Assembly: GCA_964420035.1 (NCBI GenBank)
Contig: CAYQQR010000011.1
Coordinates: 728-64,727, forward strand
DNA from: an uncultured Bacteroidaceae bacterium
GTDB taxonomy: Bacteria; Bacteroidota; Bacteroidia; Bacteroidales; SM23-62
Direction: 5' to 3'
Length of the DNA: 64,000 bases
The notes beneath the pieces are model-generated. The model worked only from the letters and a program-made list of their open reading frames with translations, made no database searches and had not been told where the DNA came from. Of the stretch, positions 55,229-64,000 are shown piece by piece. The position numbers were made by a program, and so were the translations under genes. Within the stretch, counting starts at the first letter, position 1, and each line of letters starts with the position of its first letter.

Positions 55229-56515
55229 CTAGGTGACCGTATTTCGCCGGGAGGAAAAAAGCAAATATTCTTTTCCACTGATGACCTTCCTTATTCTTTC
55301 TGCGGTGGTATAAAGTTCCCGGTAGGTATTGTATAAGGGGGCAATGCCCAGCCGGAGAATATCGGGAGCCCTGAAGTCGGCGATAATTTTCAAGCCTTCC
55401 TTGTCCCCTTTGATCATTGCCTGTGCGATGCGATAAGCCTCCGGATGCCTAAGCGCCAGGTGGGAGCCCCGGTAGCCGGGGTCCGCCGGGGAAGCCAACG
55501 ATATCCCCAGGTCTTCCAGTTGTTCCTTAACCAGAAAGCGTAAATACTCGGTGAGCTGCACAGACTGTTCCCGTATAAGATCAAGGCCGGCCTCCAGGAT
55601 CATATCCAGGCCCGGTTCAACGGCGCGCATGGAAAGCACCGGGGGGGTACCTACCTGAAAACGGTTTATATTTCCGGCCGGCTGGTAACGGAGCTTGAAA
55701 TCAAATGGATCTCCTGATGAGAACCAGCCCCGGACCGGGTTGACAAGCCGTTCCTGAAGGTCTTTACGCACGTATAGATAAGCAGGGGCACCCGGTCCGC
55801 CATTCAGGTATTTGTAGGTGCATCCCACGGCCAGGTCGGCACGGCAGGAATTCAGCTTCACCGGGGTGATCCCGGCCGAATGGCTCAGATCCCACAACAC
55901 CAGGCTGCCATGCCTGTGTGCTTCACGGGTGATCTTTTCGATATCGTATTGGTAGGCAGATTTAAAACAGACGTGGCTGAGGCATACCAGGGCGGTGTGT
56001 TCATCGACAGAATCCAGGATCCTGTCAACATCCGGAATGAGTCCGTCCCCCGAAGCTACAGTCACGAGTTCCGCTTCCGGCCTGACCTTTTCCGTGATCC
56101 CCTGAAGGATATACAGGTCCGAAGGAAAATTGGTATCATCGGTGAGGATCCGGTTCCGCCCTTGCTGATAATCAAGAGCTGCAAAGGCCAGCTTATACAA
56201 ATTGGTGGAAGTGGCTTCCGTAACCACCACCTCATCGGGACCGGCCCCGATGATGAGTGCCAGTTTTTCACCCAGGCGGTGCGGAAGATCATACCAGTTC
56301 CGGTTCCAGCTGGTGATCAGTGCCGACCCCCATTCCTCGTCCACTGTCTTTTTCAAAAGATCACGGGTTTTCAGGGGAAGCCGGCCCAGGGAATTTCCAT
56401 CCAGGTAGATCAAACGGTCATCGGGAATGTAGAAAGCATCCCTGTATGTTCTCAGAGGATTTTCTTCATCCAGTGACCGGGCATATTTCTCACCCTGCCG
56501 GAATGCCCTTTTCAT
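55229..56515 (-). CDS. kynU: kynureninase
   Basis: 428 aa. IYLDGNSLGRLPLKTRDLLKKTVDEEWGSALITSWNRNWYDLPHRLGEKLALIIGAGPDEVVVTEATSTNLYK aligns closely with bacterial KynU. Its ATG overlaps the upstream GH stop codon by 4 nt. Confidence 0.88.
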   Translation of the reverse strand: MKRAFRQGEKYARSLDEENPLRTYRDAFYIPDDRLIYLDGNSLGRLPLKTRDLLKKTVDEEWGSALITSWNRNWYDLPHRLGEKLALIIGAGPDEVVVTEATSTNLYKLAFAALDYQQGRNRILTDDTNFPSDLYILQGITEKVRPEAELVTVASGDGLIPDVDRILDSVDEHTALVCLSHVCFKSAYQYDIEKITREAHRHGSLVLWDLSHSAGITPVKLNSCRADLAVGCTYKYLNGGPGAPAYLYVRKDLQERLVNPVRGWFSSGDPFDFKLRYQPAGNINRFQVGTPPVLSMRAVEPGLDMILEAGLDLIREQSVQLTEYLRFLVKEQLEDLGISLASPADPGYRGSHLALRHPEAYRIAQAMIKGDKEGLKIIADFRAPDILRLGIAPLYNTYRELYTTAERIRKVISGKEYLLFSSRRNTVT

Positions 56516-59500
56516 GATCCTTTCTTTCCGGCAAAGATGGAAAAATCCTGCATCAGACCATAATCCAGAACATCATAGTCCAGCCCCGCCGGTTGTTGCT
56601 CCGGTGCATATTTAAAACTCCAGGGTGTTACAATGCCCCTCCGTTGCACGTTGTGGTGGGGGCCCAGGATATTTTTCAGGCTTCCGTAAACTTCAACGGT
56701 CAGAACCATGTCTTGTCCTGATTTGAACGGGCCGGGAATTTCAAGACTGTAAGGGGGTGACTGGATGATCCCCGCCTCTTCTCCATTGAGCAGGACCCGG
56801 GCTACGGTTCCCTTCCATTCTTCCAGCTTCACCTTAAGATAATCTGCTTCCCGGTCCAGTACCAGGTCTTTCCGATAGGCTACCTTATCCGAATAAAAGG
56901 GGTAACCCTGTTCCTTCCATGAACCCGTTGACAATTCATCATCCGGGACTACGATCCATCCTTCCTTATCAGGAACAAGGCGAAAGGAACCGGTGATGAA
57001 CACCGGGGCGATCTCGGCATAGATGGACATGGGCCGTATCCCGTAACTGATGGTATTGGCACCCGGTTTAACCTGGTCACGGATATCATATACCCCGAAG
57101 GAAGGATCCAGGTACCACCGGTCGGGTTCGGATTCTATAACCGCTCCGTTGATCCGGACCGTGAAAAGCCCGGGCCGTTCGACCACGGCATGGAGTTTTT
57201 CAGCCTGAAAATCTTCGGCAAGCCGAAATGAAAAATCCAGGCGGTAGCCGCTGCCTGTAGAAAAGGTATCCCGGTCCACTATCCTGGTTTTGTATTGCAC
57301 CGAGGAGACCCAGGGATTCTCGCCGAATCCGTGTTCCTGCCAGATCTTCTGACCTGCTTTGTAGAAAAAATGACGGCCCATGTCCTTGCCGCCCATATAC
57401 AGTTCACAATAATCCAGCACCAGAATATTGTCCTCCTTCCGGGTAATTTCGAGCTCGCCCTCTGGCCGAAAAATTCTATAATCCGGCATCTCTTTTACAG
57501 GATATTCCCGGGCTGTTTTCTCATTTGCGAGGTATAAAAGTAAACTGCCTGACGGGGGGATTGTGTAGTGAACTTCCTTTTGCTGTTTATTCCCTGTAAA
57601 GGGATACTGCCTGATCGTACCTTCCATGGCATCCAGCTCCAGTATGGATGTAGCACCCGTAAAGAAGGAACCTTCCATGGTCTGGTCGCCTGAAGAATTG
57701 ACCAGGAAGAGCAGTTCTCCGTCTTCGAGCTGCCTTCTGTGATGGTAAAAGCGGTATTCAGGCTCTTCGCCGGTAACAACGCGGATCGTTGTGGGAAGCA
57801 TCAGTTCGATCTCCTGTTGATCCGGCAGGTCCTTTTCACTGGTGCACAGACTGCCGTACTGCTCTATGAGCCCGGCCGGTTTTGATGATGATTCACCGTC
57901 TACCCGGTCCGGGACGCCTGCAAACGAGAGCAGTTTCCCTCCTTCTTCCAGAAACTGGCCGAGCAGGTTTACCGTATGTTCGTCCAGACTTTCCACACCC
58001 GGGGGAAGAGCGACGGTCCTGTAGGATCGCCCGCCCACTGTAAAACGTCCGTCCCGGACCGATCCATGCTCGCGGAAGATGTTTTCGCATCCCAGGTCAT
58101 ATTCCACATGATATCGTTCCAGCTCCTCCAGGAAGGCTTCAAAGCGTTCTCCGAGTTCATCCATACGGGTATTCTCCCTGCCGGGAACATAATACATCCA
58201 TGCAGTTGTGGTAGGCTCGATAACCAATACGTCATGATGCATGCTGCCGGAGGAAAGCACCAGGGATAATCGCGCGAAATAATCATTCTGATAAGAATAG
58301 ACTTCCCACCATGGATCATGACGGGAAAAGGATTGTGGAAAATCATGCTTCCGGTCACCCAGGATACTCTCATAAGAGAGATGCTGGTTCATGAGATTAA
58401 CACCCTGGGAATATTCCCAGTCCCCGTTCCGTTTGAGATCCTTAAAGCTTATCTCCCAACCGGCACCCCCGTAGGTTTCGCTCAGGGTTCTGGGCCGGTT
58501 CAACTGGTTGGCCACCGACTGCAGTTCCTTGCCGGCACGGGTATTCCCGAACTGGTCGGGCCGGCCGGTCCAGGTATTGAACAGCATATCTATACCGGGT
58601 ACCTGGTGCCAGGCGTACATGGCCATGTTGTCCCCACCGTGCTCCGGATTGGGCCAGCCGTGCTCCCAGTAATGACCGGTCCACAAAAGCCCTTTTGATT
58701 CCGTATATTCCCACCAGGGTTTGGACCAGCGCTCTATAAACAGTTCTAAAAGAACCGTGTAATAGTTGTGACGGACCTTTTTCCATTCACCCGTCTCTTC
58801 AAGAAGATAAGGCAGGTTATCCTGCAGTTCGTATCCCCAGCGTTCCGAAAAATAATCAAAGAGATCAGGGGTATAACGAAGGGATTTGTTCAGGGGAGGC
58901 CTGATATTGGGTTCATCCGTGAAGATCCCGGGAACCTGCCGGCCGAACTGTCCTCCAATATGTTCTTCATAGCCTTCCATGGTAAGCTCGATAAATTTTT
59001 CCGTAACCCCGGGCTTAATGAGGTCGACATAGGAAAAACCACCGTACCACTTCGGGTTCCTTCCACTGTCCCTGTAATCGACCCGGTGGAACATAAGAAA
59101 ATCTCCCTCTTTCCCCATGAATTCATCCTGCAGGCTTGTGATGTTCTGCCAGGTCCCGTCTTCCTGCTTGTGGAATACAAACATCAGCTTCCGGGTATCT
59201 TCAAACTGAAATTTTTCCCGGTAAGTGGCCAGAAGCCCCTGTCCCTCGCTTACAGCCTCCGGCATTTCAGCAGGCACATGTCCGCCGCCAAAACCGCTGG
59301 GAAAGGAATTCTCATCATAAAGCCACACAAAGAGGCCCAGCTCTTTACCTTTTTCCACCGAATAGGCCACCAGTTCGTGCCATTCTTCGGACAGATATTC
59401 GGTGATCAGTCCGTAACGGGGATGGATGAATACGCCACCAAAGCCTTTTTCCTTATAATCTTCAAGATGCCGGTCGATCTTTTCCTTGCTCATCCTGTAA

Positions 59501-59670
59501 TTCCAGACCCAGAAAGGAGCCGCACGAAAAGCAGCGGGCGGATCAACAAAATGCTTTTCAATCTCCTCAAAGGAAGTGAAATGAGTGTTGTAATCAATTC
59601 GTTCCTTTTCTTTGTTGCATGAAGAAAGGAACACGATTAAAACAATATGTGAAATCAATATTTTATTCAT
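56512..59670 (-). CDS. large lipoprotein glycoside hydrolase, GH106-like (family uncertain)
   Basis: I chose the start at MNKILISHIVLIVFLSSC (lipobox). FVDPPAAFRAAPFWVWNYRMSKEKIDRHLEDYKEKGFGGVFIHPR is the FxxPP...FWxWN...GxGG start motif. Confidence 0.55.
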   Translation of the reverse strand: MNKILISHIVLIVFLSSCNKEKERIDYNTHFTSFEEIEKHFVDPPAAFRAAPFWVWNYRMSKEKIDRHLEDYKEKGFGGVFIHPRYGLITEYLSEEWHELVAYSVEKGKELGLFVWLYDENSFPSGFGGGHVPAEMPEAVSEGQGLLATYREKFQFEDTRKLMFVFHKQEDGTWQNITSLQDEFMGKEGDFLMFHRVDYRDSGRNPKWYGGFSYVDLIKPGVTEKFIELTMEGYEEHIGGQFGRQVPGIFTDEPNIRPPLNKSLRYTPDLFDYFSERWGYELQDNLPYLLEETGEWKKVRHNYYTVLLELFIERWSKPWWEYTESKGLLWTGHYWEHGWPNPEHGGDNMAMYAWHQVPGIDMLFNTWTGRPDQFGNTRAGKELQSVANQLNRPRTLSETYGGAGWEISFKDLKRNGDWEYSQGVNLMNQHLSYESILGDRKHDFPQSFSRHDPWWEVYSYQNDYFARLSLVLSSGSMHHDVLVIEPTTTAWMYYVPGRENTRMDELGERFEAFLEELERYHVEYDLGCENIFREHGSVRDGRFTVGGRSYRTVALPPGVESLDEHTVNLLGQFLEEGGKLLSFAGVPDRVDGESSSKPAGLIEQYGSLCTSEKDLPDQQEIELMLPTTIRVVTGEEPEYRFYHHRRQLEDGELLFLVNSSGDQTMEGSFFTGATSILELDAMEGTIRQYPFTGNKQQKEVHYTIPPSGSLLLYLANEKTAREYPVKEMPDYRIFRPEGELEITRKEDNILVLDYCELYMGGKDMGRHFFYKAGQKIWQEHGFGENPWVSSVQYKTRIVDRDTFSTGSGYRLDFSFRLAEDFQAEKLHAVVERPGLFTVRINGAVIESEPDRWYLDPSFGVYDIRDQVKPGANTISYGIRPMSIYAEIAPVFITGSFRLVPDKEGWIVVPDDELSTGSWKEQGYPFYSDKVAYRKDLVLDREADYLKVKLEEWKGTVARVLLNGEEAGIIQSPPYSLEIPGPFKSGQDMVLTVEVYGSLKNILGPHHNVQRRGIVTPWSFKYAPEQQPAGLDYDVLDYGLMQDFSIFAGKKGS

Positions 59671-59686
59671 GGCTATAAATTTTACG

Positions 59687-59700
59687 ATCCGCAATCCGCA
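59687..59700. repeat. short tandem repeat ATCCGCA x2
   Basis: Read directly, in the 31-nt spacer between two GH genes. Confidence 0.85.
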
Positions 59701-59701
59701 A

Positions 59702-62569
59702 TTACCTGGCCTTCCTTCCGTTCACCCAAAGCTCTTTTCCTGCAAGCGCTCCTTTGGGTTCCACGATGTATTCCACACCGGGGGGTATTTCGCACTGCAC
59801 CACTAATTTATCCTTGTCCCGATGCCAGGATACCCGGATCTCACCTTTGGGGTGGGGCACCGTTCCCGAGGCCCAGCTTATTCCCTCCGCTCGCGGAGCG
59901 ATCCTGACTCTTTCGGGTTCTGTAAAATCCGGGTAACCTAAGTCGACTCCCAGGATATAAGAGGACATGACAAAGGTGGGCCCACCGCTCCAGGCATGAC
60001 TAAGGGTGCCCTGTCCCCCGTCCCTGCCGTCACCGAAGTTTTCCCACGCGGTATCATTGTATTTCAGGATCATGGGGGACCAGTATTTCCGGATGAAATC
60101 CTCTGCAATACCGGTATAACCCAGCTTGCACAGGGCACTTAAAATATAAAATCCCCCGTAGGGAGTTGCCCGTCTTTGACGGTCCCGATCCCCGATATCG
60201 ACCAGGGTACGTTCAAAATACACCCTGAGCCTTTTATCCTGTTCCGGCGTGGAGATACCCCACAACACGGGCCAGGCACTCGATATGGGATAGTGATGAT
60301 CGATCTGCTTCCCGTCTTTGAAACCATCGTGAAAAGCACCGGCCTTTTCATCCCAGCACAGCACCTGTATTCGTTCTTCCAGTTCCGTTGCTTTCTCCCG
60401 AAGTTCATCCCTGTCGCCATGCTTCCCCAGGCGGTCCGCCACATAGGCCAGGGAACGGAAGGAACGGGCGATCAGGGCCTGCATGCTTGTCAGCAGGGCA
60501 TTCTTGTCGATCCCGGTCCATTCTATAAAGGCCCTGCCATGCCCATACAATCCGTTCTCCTGCTTACTGTCTTCAAGACGATCCAGCATAATTTTGTATC
60601 CCGGGTAATATTCGCGGGCGAATTTCAGGTCGCCGGTGCGGTTGATCACCCAGGCATAGGCTTCAAGGGTCAACAGGGGATAATCCGACATATGATTGAC
60701 GCTGGCATATACCTGCTCAGTTTCCGGGATCATCAAATCCCTGTACATATCCGCTAAGATGGTAATGCTTTTTTTCATGAGCCGGCTGTCGCCGCTGCCG
60801 GCCAGTGTAATTGCATATTCCGGTAAAGCATCCCCGGCATACAATCCTCTTTCCCGGAAGGGGGTGTCGGTATAGGAATCTTCGGCACAAACCCTGAGGG
60901 TCCTCCATCCCAGCTCCCATATTTCTTTGAACATGGGATCGGAGCAACGAAATGTTCCTTTCTTGTCAAAGGGATAGATCTGGGACACCATACCCGTCCT
61001 CATGATCGTTACCGGTCCGCTGTGCCGGCTGATGTTCAGTTGTATAAACCGTGCCCCGTAAGGTTTAAAGCTTTCGAACCGGTTCTTTCCGCCCCTGGCA
61101 ATATGGCGGACCCCCGTGTACAATCCCGCCCGTTTAAGGATGTAGGGGCGGTTGCCCAGGGTATCTTCCGCAAATCCCAGGTCAAAGACCGTTCCCCGGG
61201 GTGCTTCGTAATCTATGAACAGCCTTCCCAGGGTTTTTTGACCCATGTCAAAAACGAAAGCGGCAGGAAAAGTATCCTCAACCTGCAGTCCGGTTACCCG
61301 GTGGGTCTGGGAAGGCAGTTCTTCTTCGAAACAGGACCACGCTATCTCCCATGCCGGATTGCCGGCGGTTTTGCCCCGTTCCTTCCCGGTCCATCGGGCA
61401 GATAAGTCGGGAAGATCCCCGGGATCCTCAAAGGGCAGGGGCAATTGTCTTACCGAATCTTCCTCTGCAGCCAAAAAAGGACCCGCTGTTTTAAAGATAT
61501 AGGGCGAGCTTTCTTCCTTACCGGCCGATACGATCAATCCTTTATCCCGGGGCAAAGCCACATAAAACTCCCAGCTGGCCCAAACCACATCGTACTTGAT
61601 GAAGAAGAAATTCCATCCTCTTTTCAGTTCCAGCATGATATCATTTCGATTGGGTTTACCGGGTTCGATCCCCACGCCCTGTATCGGTCCTTTCCCGTTC
61701 AACCAGAATTCACCCCACCACATTCCTGCTTTAACATTCTGTCTTTTGGGAGAATAGATATAGGTATAGGCAAAAACTCTTTTATTGGCCGTGAATTCCT
61801 GCCGGGTGCGATCTTTGGTCTTGACCCTGAACGAATACAGCTCTTCATCAGTACTGAGCTTATATTTTCCGGTCAGGTAAAGCGGCAGCCGTTCATTTTG
61901 GGTCAGGTGGGGTATCTGCCTGGGTAAGAGGGATCCCCAGTGATCCTGTCCCGGAACGGGGATCACTTTTTTCCACAGGTCAAGATCAGACCGGGGATCG
62001 TAGAGGCTTGCCGGGTCTTTTCTTGCATCATGGATCTCCACGGCCCCGGTGGCGAAGGACATCTTGGGTGCCTGCCGGTCGTATGCATTCAGTTCCACGC
62101 ATTTCCAGTTTCCCGGTGTGGAAAGATCGAAGCTGCGGCCGGTGGGTGTGCTGACTTCCCCCCAGGCGATAAAACCACCCCTGCTCAGCGGCAACTGGAA
62201 GGTATTCATCCCGTTGGACAGGGCCTTTACCGTAATGCAATTTTTACCTCGCTGCAGGTAGGGAGCAATATTATAACTGTCGTACTCGGGATGCTCGGGA
62301 TAACCCCGGGAGGGACCGAAATTGATGAAGTGACCGTTCACGATCAGATGGTAGCGTGAATCTGCAAACAAATGGATCTCCGCATTTTTTATCAGGCTAT
62401 CCTGCAATTGGAAATCATAGCGGAACAGGGCGTAATCGTTCCTTTCAAGTCCCGTGCTATCGTGCCAGACAAACAGTGCATCCGTATACGGGGCCGGCCG
62501 GTCACATGCAATTGCGAATGACAGTATGAGTAGGGTAAAAATGGATCCAATCTGTTTCATAAGACTCAT
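59702..62569 (-). CDS. alpha-L-rhamnosidase-like (GH78-like) lipoprotein
   Basis: 955 aa with lipobox SFAIAC. AEIHLFADSRYHLIVNGHFINFGP...YNIAPYLQRGKNCITV resembles the GH78 N-domain. DSYTDTPFRERGLYAGDA resembles the (alpha/alpha)6 catalytic-domain motif. Confidence 0.6.
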   Translation of the reverse strand: MSLMKQIGSIFTLLILSFAIACDRPAPYTDALFVWHDSTGLERNDYALFRYDFQLQDSLIKNAEIHLFADSRYHLIVNGHFINFGPSRGYPEHPEYDSYNIAPYLQRGKNCITVKALSNGMNTFQLPLSRGGFIAWGEVSTPTGRSFDLSTPGNWKCVELNAYDRQAPKMSFATGAVEIHDARKDPASLYDPRSDLDLWKKVIPVPGQDHWGSLLPRQIPHLTQNERLPLYLTGKYKLSTDEELYSFRVKTKDRTRQEFTANKRVFAYTYIYSPKRQNVKAGMWWGEFWLNGKGPIQGVGIEPGKPNRNDIMLELKRGWNFFFIKYDVVWASWEFYVALPRDKGLIVSAGKEESSPYIFKTAGPFLAAEEDSVRQLPLPFEDPGDLPDLSARWTGKERGKTAGNPAWEIAWSCFEEELPSQTHRVTGLQVEDTFPAAFVFDMGQKTLGRLFIDYEAPRGTVFDLGFAEDTLGNRPYILKRAGLYTGVRHIARGGKNRFESFKPYGARFIQLNISRHSGPVTIMRTGMVSQIYPFDKKGTFRCSDPMFKEIWELGWRTLRVCAEDSYTDTPFRERGLYAGDALPEYAITLAGSGDSRLMKKSITILADMYRDLMIPETEQVYASVNHMSDYPLLTLEAYAWVINRTGDLKFAREYYPGYKIMLDRLEDSKQENGLYGHGRAFIEWTGIDKNALLTSMQALIARSFRSLAYVADRLGKHGDRDELREKATELEERIQVLCWDEKAGAFHDGFKDGKQIDHHYPISSAWPVLWGISTPEQDKRLRVYFERTLVDIGDRDRQRRATPYGGFYILSALCKLGYTGIAEDFIRKYWSPMILKYNDTAWENFGDGRDGGQGTLSHAWSGGPTFVMSSYILGVDLGYPDFTEPERVRIAPRAEGISWASGTVPHPKGEIRVSWHRDKDKLVVQCEIPPGVEYIVEPKGALAGKELWVNGRKAR

Positions 62570-62583
62570 AATTAAAGATTACT

Positions 62584-62604
62584 GATTTCGAATTTCGGAT
62601 TTTA
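62584..62604. repeat. short tandem repeat (G/A)ATTTCG x about 3
   Basis: Read directly, in the divergent spacer 62570-62663. Confidence 0.8.
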
Positions 62605-62663
62605 CACGTATAGGATCGGCGGCTTAATTTAGTTAATTTTAACACAATTCTAAAGATCCTCCA

Positions 62664-64000
62664 ATGAAACCGACTATCCTCCTTCTTAACAAAATGAACA
62701 AACAATCCAACTGTATTTTGTGGATGTTATTCCTGTTATTATCTTCCCTGGCCCGGGGGCAGGCCGGGCAGGTTGGCCTTTCACCTTCAGAAGACTCCCG
62801 GTATTACCAGCCCTTGGAACAGGTCTCCGTTTATTTCCCTGCAGATCACGGCCTGAAAGTATTTGACGCGGACGGCAATATGTATCATCATTCCGGTACA
62901 TCAGGGGACACGGAATTTACGGTCGGCGGTGCACTGGGCCGGCACCGCTGGGAGCTGTATGCACCGGACGGCAAGCTGGACGGGACAGGGATATTTGATG
63001 TCGACTGCCATACAGACATCAGGGATGCAGCCGGTACCTACAGTGAATACCTGGATATCCTGTACTGGTCGATGGTCAAGAATTGGGGAGAAAGCGGCAT
63101 TGAACGGATCAACGGGAAGTTCTATAAACATTTCGTTCGCTGGTTGCGGGATCACGTTCACACCATGAAGGGAATGAAATATTTTTACGGCGACCTGCAG
63201 TCGGGGATCGGTCTTTATGCCGACACCCAGCGGGAAGACGGCATGATCTGGGACAATGTATATCGCAGGACGCCGCCTTACAATCACTGGCAGTACCGTT
63301 TCAGCTACGGCGATTTTATCAGGGTACTGGAAGACGGATATTACGAGATGAAGCGGATCCCCGTTGAAAACGATGTGGAATATCTCTTCCTGGAAGGGAT
63401 CTATTATACCTGGAAAGCCACCGGCGATGATGCCTGGATGAGATCCATGCTGGATCCTGCACGGGAAGCCGTTCATTACAGTCTTACGGACCCTTACCGC
63501 TGGTCGAGAAAATACGGCTTGCTGAAGCGCGGATTTACCATAGATACCTGGGATTTTCAATCTTCCATCGATGTTGCCCGTACCGGAGATCCCATGGTGG
63601 TCCGGTTGGATACCACCAAATTCGGCATTATGTTCGGCGACAATACCGGTATGGCCAGGAGCCTGGAATACCTTGCAGAAATGCTGGAACATGCAGGTTT
63701 CTCGGAAGAAGCCTATAATTACCAACTGGAAGCCACCAAACTCAGGGAACGCTTGAATACCCTCTCCTGGCAGGGGGAATTCTATAAGCATCATGTGCCG
63801 GAAGATCCGTCCTTTAAGCGTGACCTGGGAGTGGACCCGGACAGCCAGGTTACCCTTTCCAATGCATATTCCATTAACAGGAACATCGGCCATGTCAAGG
63901 CTAAGGCCATCATACAAACCTACATGCGGATCAGGGAGGAGATGCCCGAAAGTTCACCCGGGGAATGGTATACCTGTTATCCTCCTTTTGAGAGAGGATT
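62664..64000 (+). CDS. secreted protein, 3'-truncated by the window edge (possibly a six-hairpin glycosidase-like enzyme) - absent from the supplied ORF track
   Basis: My own translation shows a frame with no stop from 62664 to 64000: MKPTILLLNKMNKQSNCILWMLFLLLSSLARGQ...YSEYLDILYWSMVKNWGESG...GLYADTQREDGMIWDN...RGFTIDTWDF...EWYTCYPPFERG. An alternative start at 62694 (MNKQS...) gives a typical signal peptide. The listed minus-strand ORF 62901..63917 is its antisense shadow. Confidence 0.75.
   Translation, partial: MKPTILLLNKMNKQSNCILWMLFLLLSSLARGQAGQVGLSPSEDSRYYQPLEQVSVYFPADHGLKVFDADGNMYHHSGTSGDTEFTVGGALGRHRWELYAPDGKLDGTGIFDVDCHTDIRDAAGTYSEYLDILYWSMVKNWGESGIERINGKFYKHFVRWLRDHVHTMKGMKYFYGDLQSGIGLYADTQREDGMIWDNVYRRTPPYNHWQYRFSYGDFIRVLEDGYYEMKRIPVENDVEYLFLEGIYYTWKATGDDAWMRSMLDPAREAVHYSLTDPYRWSRKYGLLKRGFTIDTWDFQSSIDVARTGDPMVVRLDTTKFGIMFGDNTGMARSLEYLAEMLEHAGFSEEAYNYQLEATKLRERLNTLSWQGEFYKHHVPEDPSFKRDLGVDPDSQVTLSNAYSINRNIGHVKAKAIIQTYMRIREEMPESSPGEWYTCYPPFERG

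Noticed and set aside
58768-59622. 284-aa plus-strand ORF
   Set aside because: It is antisense to the GH106-like gene (56512..59670). Its composition is typical of shadow frames.
62901-63917. 338-aa minus-strand ORF from the track
   Set aside because: It is an antisense shadow of the stop-free plus-strand frame 62664..64000. It has low-complexity G/P/I/H-rich composition, no signal peptide and no motifs.
1-64000. Prophage, integrative element, toxin-antitoxin or classical defence island
   Set aside because: No integrase, transposase, recombinase, phage structural, restriction-modification, Cas, ATPase/nuclease defence or TA-like gene pairs were seen. The only nuclease-like gene is DUF559.
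1-64000. tRNA, rRNA or other housekeeping RNA genes
   Set aside because: The intergenic regions are short and none shows a cloverleaf-compatible or rRNA-like sequence on inspection.

Overview
This 64-kb chromosomal segment reads as Bacteroidota. It has a SusC/SusD pair, two proteins ending in T9SS (Por) C-terminal sorting domains, many lipoprotein-type signal peptides and TAnnTTTG-like -7 boxes. I call about 45 protein genes. I found no rRNA, tRNA, CRISPR array, transposase, integrase or phage gene, and no recognisable transcription factor anywhere in the window. Layout: (i) 1-11.2 kb holds two sugar-phosphate/polyol catabolic modules. The first is AKR, PHP phosphoesterase, aldolase-SDR fusion and a long MDR dehydrogenase. 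The second is transaldolase-SIS isomerase-PfkB kinase, a divergent polyol dehydrogenase, and a permease with a coupled mini-protein. A 1-kb non-coding island separates them and carries a 44-bp tandem repeat and an inverted-repeat-flanked DUF559 endonuclease gene. (ii) 11.5-22.1 kb is a PUL-like block: T9SS CBM9-like protein, SusC, SusD, surface lipoprotein, SGNH esterase, TPR lipoprotein and GH29 fucosidase. (iii) 22.4-35.0 kb is a nitrogen-assimilation island: porin-glnK-amt, TrpB2, an SxtJ/DUF5989/carbamoyltransferase trio and gltB-gltD. (iv) 35.3-64 kb is a CAZyme/sulfatase island: FG-GAP protein, exported ADP-ribosylglycohydrolase-fold protein, GH116-like, two GH106-like, GH78-like, two sulfatases, a 1922-aa T9SS PA14/FN3 protein, a Tat-exported AKR, kynureninase and a 3'-truncated secreted protein that the ORF track misses. 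No classical defence or toxin system is evident. The signals I consider most worth follow-up are: (a) the 20-nt palindrome CCTGCCTGCCGGCAGGCAGG, present four times, always intergenic and each time bracketed by locus-specific short direct repeats, within a general pattern of 6-11-nt tandem duplications at gene junctions; (b) the DUF559 gene framed by 43-nt hairpin-containing inverted repeats; (c) a terminator/antiterminator-like leader in front of gltB; (d) the SxtJ/SxtK-like/carbamoyltransferase trio inside the nitrogen island, including an unlisted 49-aa ORF; (e) exported ARH-fold, Tat-AKR and kynureninase genes embedded in glycan-degradation operons. All family assignments come from motif recognition by eye and need HMM or BLAST confirmation.
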